In this document: piece by piece, positions 56,259-64,000 of the stretch
How positions within the stretch are numbered: position 1 is the stretch's first letter
Layout of the letters: each line of letters opens with the position of its first letter
Source: Bacteroidales bacterium
GTDB lineage: Bacteria; Bacteroidota; Bacteroidia; Bacteroidales; UBA932
Direction: 5' to 3'
Length of the DNA: 64,000 bases
Assembly: GCA_017616595.1 (NCBI GenBank)
Contig: JAFZXV010000087.1
Location: forward strand, 1,385 to 65,384
Position numbers and translations under genes: made by a program
Notes under the pieces: model-generated
Told to the model about the DNA's origin: nothing
The model's database searches: none
What the model saw: the letters and a program-made list of their open reading frames with translations, nothing else

Positions 56259-57077
56259 ATGGCCAAGGGCAGGAGTGTATACGCAGGAATAATCACCGCG
56301 GCAATCTTCATACTTCTGGAGTTTGCCGCGTTGTCTATGCTGCACGCGTCGTCCACCCTGCAGAACATCTGGATAAACCGGTTCTCGCATAACGTCATGG
56401 CCCGCAGCTGGGGCCTCGTGGAGCAGGTGCGCAGTTTCTTCAGCCTGCGCGAGCAGAACGAGATCCTGGCCGGACGCAACTACGAGCTGTTCAAGGAGGT
56501 ACAGCACTACAAAGAGCTGGAGCGCTCGCTCAAGGCCATGGCCAAACTCGATTCCGCAGGCCTGGCGCCCCGCTTCAACTACATCCCAGCCGAGATTACG
56601 GCAATGGGTACCAACTCCCGCCACAACTACATCATCATAGACAAAGGCTCGCTTGCCGGCGTACATCAGGGAGACTGCATAGTTACGCCCAACGGTGTAG
56701 TGGGCCTTGTGTATTCCGTAGACAAGCACTACTCCTACGGCCTTTCGCTCATGAACGAAAGGGTGAGCGTGAGCGCCCGCATCGGACGCGAGGGCATCGT
56801 GGCGCCGCTGCTATGGGACGGCAAGCGCTCAGACCACGTCATCCTGCGTGATATTCCGCTCCATCTGGACATTCCGGTAGGAGATACGGTCTGGACCAGC
56901 GGCATCTCCAAGATCTATCCGCCAGACATCCCGCTCGGCGTCACCGAAGGCACGCGCCTGGTGGACGGAGCGGTGGGCGTGGTGGACGTAAGGCTTTTTA
57001 CCGACCTGGCGTCGCTGCGCTACGTCATAGTGGCATCCAACCCCGACCGTGAAACAATAGAGGAGATGTCGCGATGA
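56259..57077 (+). CDS. mreC: Rod shape-determining protein MreC
   Basis: TM segment plus coiled coil; IDKGS..GV; TSG.S.IYP; operon position. Confidence 0.9.
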   Translation: MAKGRSVYAGIITAAIFILLEFAALSMLHASSTLQNIWINRFSHNVMARSWGLVEQVRSFFSLREQNEILAGRNYELFKEVQHYKELERSLKAMAKLDSAGLAPRFNYIPAEITAMGTNSRHNYIIIDKGSLAGVHQGDCIVTPNGVVGLVYSVDKHYSYGLSLMNERVSVSARIGREGIVAPLLWDGKRSDHVILRDIPLHLDIPVGDTVWTSGISKIYPPDIPLGVTEGTRLVDGAVGVVDVRLFTDLASLRYVIVASNPDRETIEEMSR

Positions 57078-57577
57078 AAGCATACCGTTTTGTAATTGTG
57101 TTCGTGGTGCTGGTTCTTGTGCAGATCGTGCTGTGCAACTTCCTCAACCTGTCCCGCTACGTGGTGCTGTCTTACCTGCCGGTGCTCATCATGATGCTGC
57201 CGGTGCGCTGGAACAACGTCCCCATGATGCTGTTTGCGTTTGCTCTGGGATTCCTGGTAGACTTTTTCTCCACCGGGATGCTGGGGCTCACCAGCCTCGC
57301 GCTCGTGCCGGTCGCGCTCGCCCGCGGGCTTGTCGTCGCCGGCATGTTCGGCGACGAACTCGGCGCCCGCGAGGGCGAGCTCAGCCTGTCCCGTTTCGGC
57401 TTGCTCAAGTTCATACTGGCCATCCTGATGCTCTGCGCGCTGTATTTCCTGGTGTACGTGTGGGCAGATTCCGCCGGCACCATGGGCTTCTGGCAGTGCG
57501 CCCTGCGCTTCTTCCTGTCTGTGCTGGTGAGCACGCCCGTCTGCATCTTCATATCCACAATCCTGCGTCCCGAGTAG
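57074..57577 (+). CDS. mreD: Rod shape-determining protein MreD
   Basis: Hydrophobic; GFLVDFF..GMLG; lies between mreC and mrdA. Confidence 0.82.
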   Translation: MKAYRFVIVFVVLVLVQIVLCNFLNLSRYVVLSYLPVLIMMLPVRWNNVPMMLFAFALGFLVDFFSTGMLGLTSLALVPVALARGLVVAGMFGDELGAREGELSLSRFGLLKFILAILMLCALYFLVYVWADSAGTMGFWQCALRFFLSVLVSTPVCIFISTILRPE

Positions 57578-57578
57578 T

Positions 57579-59411
57579 ATGGAAGCCAACAACCGTTCGA
57601 CCAAGCTGCTGATCGGGCTCGGGGTGGTGGTGCTTATCCTCCTCGGCAAGCTGTTCTGGGTGCAGATAGTAGACGAGCGTTACAAGATAGACGCCGCCAA
57701 CAACTCGATGTCGCGCGAGCTCATCTATCCGCCCCGAGGCGTAATCTACGACCGCAACGGAGTTCTCCTCGTGGGCAACCGCATCTGCTACGACATCCTG
57801 GTGACGCCCCGCGAGGTGCAGCAGTTCGACACCCTCGCGCTGGCGGAGTGCCTGGACACCACAGCCGATTTCATCCGCGAGCGCATGGAGTACTACCATA
57901 ACTTCCGCACCCGCATAGGCTGGCAGACGCTCACCTTCCTCAAGCAGGTGGACGCGTCAACATACATGAAGTTTGCCGAGCAGCAATACAGCTTCCCGGG
58001 CTTCAAGAGCCAGGCGCGCGGCATCCGGGAGTACCCCTTCAACGCCGGCGGCAACCTGCTGGGCTACATCTCCGAGGTGGATGCCGAGTTCCTCAAGACG
58101 CATCCAGATTATCGCGCCGGCGACTATTACGGCCGCACCGGGCTTGAGGCGGCACGCGAGGAAGACCTGCGCGGCAAGACCGGCTGGCACATCTACCAGC
58201 GCGACTCCCGCGGCCGCAAGAAAGACCCGTACAAAGACGGAGAGTACGATGTGGAGGCCATCCCCGGCAAAGACATCACCACCACCATAGACGCCTACCT
58301 GCAGAACTACGGCCAGCGGCTGATGAACGGCAAGAAAGGGAGCCTGGTGGCCATAGAGCCGTCTACGGGTGAGATCCTGGCGATGGTGTCCAGCCCCGGC
58401 ATAGACGTAGACGTGCTGTCCGACTTCGGGCGCCACTACAGCCAGCTGTCGCAGAACAAGCACAAGCCGCTCTACAACCGGACCGTGTCCGCGTCGTACC
58501 CTCCGGGATCGGTGTTCAAACTCGTAAACGGGCTTGTGGGCCTGCAGGACGGGGTTCTTCAGCCGTCGATGTATTACCCCTGCCACGGCGGATACGTCTA
58601 TACTTCCAGCGGCCGCACGCTGGGCTGCCACTACCACCGCTCGCCCCTGAATATGGAGGATGCGGTGATGATGTCGTGCAACAGCTACTTCTGCTACGTT
58701 ATGCGCAGCATCCTGGAGAACCCGGAATACGGTTCCACGGAAGAGGCGTACAACCACTGGCGGGAGATGGTGATGAGCTTCGGGTTCGGCAACAAGCTGG
58801 GCAGCGACTTCCCCTCCGAGCTGAGCGGCAACATACCGTCGGCGGAGTTCTACAACAAGCGCTACCGCAAGGGGCACTGGCGCTTCCCCACCATCGTGTC
58901 CCTTTCCATCGGCCAGGGAGAAATCCTCACCACGCCGCTGCAGATAGCCAATCTGGCGGCGATTATGGCAAACCGCGGCTACTACTGCATCCCCCATGTG
59001 GTCAAGGCGGCGGGCGATGTGGAGATAGACGCCAAATACAGAGAGCGCCACTACACGCTGGTAGACACCGTCCACTTCCCAAAGATGGTGCGCGGAATGT
59101 GGAAGGCCGTAAACCAGTTTGACGACGGGGCTACGGCCAACGTGGCGTATGTGCGCGGCCTGAACATCTGCGGCAAGACCGGCACGGCCCAGAACCCGCA
59201 CGGCAAAGACAATTCCGTGTTCATCTGCTTTGCGCCCATGGACAATCCGCAGATTGCAGTTGCGGCATACGTAGAGAATGCGGGATCCGGCGCCAGCTGG
59301 GCCAGCCCGATTGCGTCCCTGCTGGTAGAAAAGTACCTGCGCGGAGAGATTAGCGAAGACCGCAAAGACCTGGAACGCAGAGTGTTACGCACTAAACTTA
59401 TACGCCAATGA
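57579..59411 (+). CDS. mrdA: Penicillin-binding protein 2
   Basis: PPRGVIYDRNG, YPPGSVFK, SCN and KTGTAQ motifs. Confidence 0.93.
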   Translation: MEANNRSTKLLIGLGVVVLILLGKLFWVQIVDERYKIDAANNSMSRELIYPPRGVIYDRNGVLLVGNRICYDILVTPREVQQFDTLALAECLDTTADFIRERMEYYHNFRTRIGWQTLTFLKQVDASTYMKFAEQQYSFPGFKSQARGIREYPFNAGGNLLGYISEVDAEFLKTHPDYRAGDYYGRTGLEAAREEDLRGKTGWHIYQRDSRGRKKDPYKDGEYDVEAIPGKDITTTIDAYLQNYGQRLMNGKKGSLVAIEPSTGEILAMVSSPGIDVDVLSDFGRHYSQLSQNKHKPLYNRTVSASYPPGSVFKLVNGLVGLQDGVLQPSMYYPCHGGYVYTSSGRTLGCHYHRSPLNMEDAVMMSCNSYFCYVMRSILENPEYGSTEEAYNHWREMVMSFGFGNKLGSDFPSELSGNIPSAEFYNKRYRKGHWRFPTIVSLSIGQGEILTTPLQIANLAAIMANRGYYCIPHVVKAAGDVEIDAKYRERHYTLVDTVHFPKMVRGMWKAVNQFDDGATANVAYVRGLNICGKTGTAQNPHGKDNSVFICFAPMDNPQIAVAAYVENAGSGASWASPIASLLVEKYLRGEISEDRKDLERRVLRTKLIRQ

Positions 59412-60700
59412 GAGACGACGAACCGGTAAGGGGCCTGCGGCACACTGTAGACTGGAAGCTGATTATCCTGTACCTGCTGATAATGCTCTTCGGCTGGATG
59501 AACATCTATGCCGCGGTGCGCAGCGGCGAGCCGGCCAGCATCTTCGACCTTGGCTGCAACAGCGGCAAGCAGGCTATATGGATGGCCGGAGCGCTGGTGC
59601 TGGCGGTGGTCATCCTCTTTGTCATCCAACCGTATTTCTGGGAGAGCGTATGCCGCCCGGCGTACGGGCTGGTGCTGGTGCTGCTGGTGCTGGTTATCTT
59701 CCTGAGCAGCAATGTAAAGGGCTCGCATTCGTGGTTCGAGCTGGGGCCCGTCAAGTTCCAGCCGGCGGAGCTGAGCAAGATTACGACGTCCCTTCTACTG
59801 GCGTCGATCATGAGCCGCCCGGGCTTCAAGATGAGCTCGTGGAAGGACTTCCTGACGGCGGCCCTTGTGGTGGCAGTGCCCATGCTCGCCATCATAGCGG
59901 AAAGCGAGACCGGATCCGCCCTGGTGTACGCAGGATTCATCCTTGTGCTGTACCGCGAGGGCCTTTCCGGATGGATTCTGGGGCTTGTGGGAATGGTCAT
60001 ATTGCTGTTCGTGCTGACTCTTACCACGCACTGGGCGGTATCGCTCGCTCTGGTGGTGGCAGTGGCGGTGGTGTTTGCAGTCCGCATTCTGCCCAAGGCT
60101 CCGACGCTCCGGGTGAGGAGACGGTTTGTAAGAAGGATAATCCTTGCTGCGATGGTTGGCGTGATGATGGTGATGGCCACCGACTTCATCTTCCATAATA
60201 TGCTCAAGGATCACCAGCGAGGGCGCATCGAGGTTCTGCTCGGGCTCAAGGAAGACCCCCAGGGGCTCGGCTACAACGTGCACCAGTCGCTGATTGCGAT
60301 AGGTTCGGGCGGACTGTTCGGCAAGGGCTATCTGCAGGGGACGCAGACCACCTTCGGCTTTGTGCCTGAGCAGAGTACGGACTTCATCTTCTGCACCGTT
60401 GGAGAGGAGTGGGGATTCGTGGGATGCCTGCTGGTAATAGCCATGTACGCGCTGCTCATCTTCTGGATAGTGCGCGACTCCGAGCAGGCGCGGACGGCGT
60501 TCACGCGCATCTACGGCTATTGCGTGGCGGCGTGCCTGTTCATGCATCTGTTCATTAACATCGGTATGACCATCGGGCTGATGCCGGTTATCGGCATCCC
60601 GCTGCCGCTGTTCAGCTACGGCGGGTCGTCGCTGTGGTCGTTTACCGTGCTGATATTCATATTCATCGCCCTCGACAGGCAAGAAAAGAAGTATTTCTGA
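59408..60700 (+). CDS. rodA: Rod shape-determining protein RodA
   Basis: FQPAELSK, QSLIAIGSGG, PEQSTDFIF and PLPLFSYGGSS motifs. Confidence 0.94.
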   Translation: MRDDEPVRGLRHTVDWKLIILYLLIMLFGWMNIYAAVRSGEPASIFDLGCNSGKQAIWMAGALVLAVVILFVIQPYFWESVCRPAYGLVLVLLVLVIFLSSNVKGSHSWFELGPVKFQPAELSKITTSLLLASIMSRPGFKMSSWKDFLTAALVVAVPMLAIIAESETGSALVYAGFILVLYREGLSGWILGLVGMVILLFVLTLTTHWAVSLALVVAVAVVFAVRILPKAPTLRVRRRFVRRIILAAMVGVMMVMATDFIFHNMLKDHQRGRIEVLLGLKEDPQGLGYNVHQSLIAIGSGGLFGKGYLQGTQTTFGFVPEQSTDFIFCTVGEEWGFVGCLLVIAMYALLIFWIVRDSEQARTAFTRIYGYCVAACLFMHLFINIGMTIGLMPVIGIPLPLFSYGGSSLWSFTVLIFIFIALDRQEKKYF

Positions 60701-62079
60701 TGTTTACCCGTATTGTCCAGATAATCAACGATATAGTATGGAGCCCCGCGCTTGTGGTGCTGCTCATCGCGGCCGGGCTGTTCCTTACCGTGGGCACCCG
60801 CTTCGTGCAGGTGCGCCACTTGCCGGAAATGGTGCGCTCGCTGGTCTCGCGCAAAGCCGGCCGCGGCAGCGGAATCTCTTCTTTCGAGGCCTTCTGCATG
60901 GCACTGTCCGGCCGTATCGGTACGGGTAACATCGTAGGCGTAGCTACGGCCATCGCCTTTGGCGGACCGGGTGCGGTGTTCTGGATGTGGCTGATTGCTT
61001 TCTTTGGCGCCGCCACCGCCTTTTCCGAATCTACGCTGGCGCAGATGTTCAACTTTCCGCACAAGACCGTGTTCCGCGGCGGCCCGTTCAGCTACATAGA
61101 GAAGGGCCTCGGTGCCAAATGGCTGGGAGTGGTCTTTGCCATCGTGTGCATTGTGGGATACGGGCTCAGCGGGCCTACGGTGCAGGCCAACGGCATGAGC
61201 TCGGCGCTGGGCAATTCGTTCGGCATTCCTCCGCTGTGGAGCGGAGTGGCGCTGGTCGTAATCCTCGGGCTGGTGATCTTTGGCGGCGTCAAGAGCATCT
61301 CCCAGGTGGCAAAGGTGGTTACGCCGTTCATGGCTCTTGGCTACATCGGATTGTCCCTGGTGATTATCTTCACGCACCTCGACGCCGTGCCTGGCGTGTT
61401 CGGGATGATTTTCCGGAGCGCCTTCGGGCTCGATTCCGCATTCGGCGGCATACTCGGCTCCACCATCATGATGGGAGTCAAGCGCGGCATCTATTCCAAC
61501 GAGGCCGGGCAGGGCGGCGGGGCCATCGTGTCTGCATCGGCCGACGTGTCGCATCCGGTGCGGCAGGGCTTTGCGCAAAGCTTCTCCGTGTACGTTGATA
61601 CGCTTCTGGTCTGTACGGCAACCGCGCTGATGATACTGATCTGCGGCTCTTACAATGTGCTGGATTCCGGCACCGGAGAGATTCTGGTGGCGCAGGCACC
61701 CGAGCTGGGCAACAACTACGCCGGCTTTACGCAGGCGGCGGTGGATTCCCTCCTGCCGGGCCTTGGCGGCAAGTTCATCAGCGTGGCGCTTATCTTCTTT
61801 GTGTTCACCACCATCATGGCGTACTACTTCTATTGCGAGTCGGCGATAATCTATCTATGGCGCGGGCGCGAGGGAAAGGGAGAGAAAGTTGCCGTGTTCC
61901 TGATGCGCGTGGCCATCCTGGGAGCCGTGATCTTCGGCGCCCTCAAAGAGGCCGACGTCATCTGGCAGATCGGCGACATCGGCGTGGGCATCTGCGCCTG
62001 GATCAACGTCGTCGCCATCCTCCTCCTCAGCCCCAAAGTCTTCCGTGCCCTCCGGGACTACGAAAAGAAGCGGCCTTAG
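60700..62079 (+). CDS. Alanine/glycine:cation symporter (AGCS family)
   Basis: GTGNIVGVA..GGPGAVFWMW and RGIYSNEAGQG motifs; start at MFTRIV. Confidence 0.93.
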   Translation: MFTRIVQIINDIVWSPALVVLLIAAGLFLTVGTRFVQVRHLPEMVRSLVSRKAGRGSGISSFEAFCMALSGRIGTGNIVGVATAIAFGGPGAVFWMWLIAFFGAATAFSESTLAQMFNFPHKTVFRGGPFSYIEKGLGAKWLGVVFAIVCIVGYGLSGPTVQANGMSSALGNSFGIPPLWSGVALVVILGLVIFGGVKSISQVAKVVTPFMALGYIGLSLVIIFTHLDAVPGVFGMIFRSAFGLDSAFGGILGSTIMMGVKRGIYSNEAGQGGGAIVSASADVSHPVRQGFAQSFSVYVDTLLVCTATALMILICGSYNVLDSGTGEILVAQAPELGNNYAGFTQAAVDSLLPGLGGKFISVALIFFVFTTIMAYYFYCESAIIYLWRGREGKGEKVAVFLMRVAILGAVIFGALKEADVIWQIGDIGVGICAWINVVAILLLSPKVFRALRDYEKKRP

Positions 62080-62096
62080 CTCCGTTGCGCAAATAT

Positions 62097-62123
62097 GAGA
62101 TACCCGATCGAGTCGGGTATGAC
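62097..62123 (-). repeat. Family A hairpin, intergenic
   Basis: gagatacccgatcgagtcgggtatgac. Confidence 0.85.
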
Positions 62124-62167
62124 GGAACCTGATTCTGAAGCTATTGTTTGCCGGTAGCGGAGTGGAG

Positions 62168-62322
62168 GCGGGTGAAGTTTTGCAAAACTGTGGCCGCCCG
62201 TGGCCACATGAACGGGAGGGGCCCGCTGGATGGCGGGACGGATGGCAAGCTTGCTTGTCAGACGGCACGGCATTCAGTGGGAGGGACGGAGCGAAGCGGA
62301 GGTTTTGCAAAATTTTACCCGC
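62168..62322 (+). mobile_element. Family B element, intergenic
   Basis: 21-bp inverted repeat gcgggtgaagttttgcaaaac with 2 mismatches; outer gccggtagc/gctaccggc pair at 62150 and 62331. Confidence 0.82.
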
Positions 62323-62332
62323 GCAACGTAGC

Positions 62333-62421
62333 TACCGGCTTGACCATCAGATATTTATAGAACGACCTCTGGGAGAATTTCCCAGAGGTCGTTGCGTAAC
62401 CAATTGCTTATGAAGGAGTTA
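62333..62421. repeat. Family C element, copy 2
   Basis: aacgacctctggga-gaatt-tcccagaggtcgtt at 62361-62393; dyads at 62333-62357 and 62397-62421. Confidence 0.7.
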
Positions 62422-62425
62422 TGTT

Positions 62426-63427
62426 TTACGCCGCTGCGGCGGAGATAAAGAGTGTTGCGGAGAGGATGGCAAGGGCGATGACCGCTACTATCCAGACCAG
62501 GAAGATTATGAGGCCGGGGTGCCAGGAGGGGGCTTTGATGCGGAAGAGCAACATGATGCTGGCGTAGAGCATTCCGATGAACGGGAGTGCGCACACGGCA
62601 AGCACCAGGATCTGCACCCAGAGCGTGCTGGCGGCCACGGCTGCCTGAGGGAAGGAATCCGCCAGGTCGGCAATCACCTCATTTACGATATTATCCATTC
62701 CGAGCCACTTCCAGCCAAAGAGGCCGATTGCCTCGCCGCAGAGGCCGGACACTGCAACCACCAGCAGGATCAGGCCGATGCAGACCTCGATGATGCGTCC
62801 TATGGTGCCCCATGCGGGAGCGTTGCCTACCTGGCGGAGGGCGTCGCCCACTTTACCGCTCTCTACGTTGCGGCGCACGCTCTCTGCCGAGCCGTCGTCG
62901 CCGCGGAGCTCCCAGCGCTGCTGTGCGTTGCGTGCCGGGGGGATGCATATCCAAAGGATGATGTAGAGTATGGGTACGCTGATGGACGCGATGCCGGAAA
63001 GCTCTATGAGGCTGAACATAGACACCAGGGTGAGCACAAGGAAGGCGACGCGCAGGATGACGGGGTCGAACTTGAAATAAGCTCCGAGGCCTCCGCACAC
63101 ACCGGCCACGCGGGCGTTCTCCATATCGCGGTAGAGCTTACGGGCGGGTTTGACATCGGGAGCGGCGCTCTCCGGCTCGTCTTCCGCAATGCGCTCGGGA
63201 CGGCCGAGGATGTCTATGACGGAGAGGATGGTGGCCTTGCTCACGGAGCCGCCCTCAATGGTGCGCTCGCGCAGGAGTTCCGCCATGCGCTCCTCGATTC
63301 CGTCTGTAATCTCGGGGTTGGTGTAGTATTCGCCCATCTGCTTGAGATAGGCCTCTGCCTCCGCTGCGGCATCCTGCTCAAGGGTGAAGGGGTAGCCGCC
63401 TATGCTGACTTTTACTGTCTGTTTCAT
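62426..63427 (-). CDS. PspC domain-containing membrane protein
   Basis: RKLYRD...VAGVCGGLGAYF..DPVILR and YIILWI motifs. Confidence 0.88.
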   Translation of the reverse strand: MKQTVKVSIGGYPFTLEQDAAAEAEAYLKQMGEYYTNPEITDGIEERMAELLRERTIEGGSVSKATILSVIDILGRPERIAEDEPESAAPDVKPARKLYRDMENARVAGVCGGLGAYFKFDPVILRVAFLVLTLVSMFSLIELSGIASISVPILYIILWICIPPARNAQQRWELRGDDGSAESVRRNVESGKVGDALRQVGNAPAWGTIGRIIEVCIGLILLVVAVSGLCGEAIGLFGWKWLGMDNIVNEVIADLADSFPQAAVAASTLWVQILVLAVCALPFIGMLYASIMLLFRIKAPSWHPGLIIFLVWIVAVIALAILSATLFISAAAA

Positions 63428-63753
63428 TTCTTGAGGGTTTCTATTGCTTTAACCATTTCCTGCCAGGCGGCGTCCATCTCTGCGAGCTGATCGCGGCCTT
63501 TCTGGGTGATACAGTAGTACTTACGGGGAGGGCCCTGGGTCGATTCTTCCCAGCGGTAAGACAGCAGGCCCTGATTCTTCTGCCTGATGAGAAGGGGGTA
63601 GAGTGTACCCTCGACCACTATCAGGTTGGCAGCCTTAAGCTCGTCAATGATGTTTGACGCGTAGGCCTCGTGACCCGCCAGGATGCAAAGAATGCAATAT
63701 TCCAGCACCCCTTTGCGCATTTGTGAGCGCACGTTGTCTGCGTTGCTTTCCAT
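63424..63753 (-). CDS. PadR family transcriptional regulator
   Basis: QMRKGVLE, EGTLYPLL and GPPRKYY motifs. Confidence 0.93.
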   Translation of the reverse strand: MESNADNVRSQMRKGVLEYCILCILAGHEAYASNIIDELKAANLIVVEGTLYPLLIRQKNQGLLSYRWEESTQGPPRKYYCITQKGRDQLAEMDAAWQEMVKAIETLKK

Positions 63754-63758
63754 TATCG

Positions 63759-64000
63759 TTACTTTTTAAAAGTAGAGAACTTTGCCATGTTGCTTGCCGT
63801 AGGGGCCATGCCGCGGAGCTCGCACTTCTGTGCGGGCGTGGTGGCCTTGGGCACGGCAATCCAGAGGATAACATAGAGCCAGAAGCCCACGGAACCGGCA
63901 ATCAGAGCCACCAGCATAAGGATCCTTACGAGGGCGATATCTATGCCGAAGTAGAGGGCAAGACCTGAGCAGATGCCGGCGATGCGCACATCGTCCGTAT
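63759..64000 (-). CDS. PspC domain protein, C-terminal part (start lies outside the window)
   Basis: IAGICSGLALYFGID...YVILWIAVP. Confidence 0.85.
   Translation of the reverse strand, partial: TDDVRIAGICSGLALYFGIDIALVRILMLVALIAGSVGFWLYVILWIAVPKATTPAQKCELRGMAPTASNMAKFSTFKK

Noticed and set aside
1-64000. tRNA or rRNA genes, autonomous IS, integrase, prophage or invertible promoter
   Set aside because: None recognised by eye; no transposase or recombinase ORF was found

Overview
Chromosomal window from a GC-rich Bacteroidales bacterium (SusC/SusD genes and TAnnTTTG promoters; finer taxonomy cannot be determined from the sequence). Left part (1-37.5 kb): a large chitin/GlcNAc-glycan-type polysaccharide utilisation region. 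It holds three SusC/SusD pairs, five GH18 enzymes with intact DxxDxDxE motifs, two BACON-like lipoproteins and a set of modular lipoproteins built from fimbrillin/type V pilin-like, ANCY...SVRCV lectin-like, SdiA-regulated propeller and GH18 modules, including two pilin-GH18 fusions. Right part (37.6-64 kb): housekeeping genes (chrA pair, fprA, nth, miaA, Lrp/AsnC, topA, PBP1a, ddl, prmC, ispD, mreBCD-mrdA-rodA, an alanine symporter, pspC/padR). Overlaid on both parts are at least five families of short palindromic repeats with no mobiliser gene in the window. Two of these families sit in-frame inside protein-coding genes (miaA, prmC and five others). One keeps a conserved core enclosed by long terminal stems whose sequence differs between copies but remains self-complementary. 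The other is a 27-bp hairpin followed by 18- or 21-bp tandem copies of one arm. All coordinates and alignments were done by eye, and no database searches were run.
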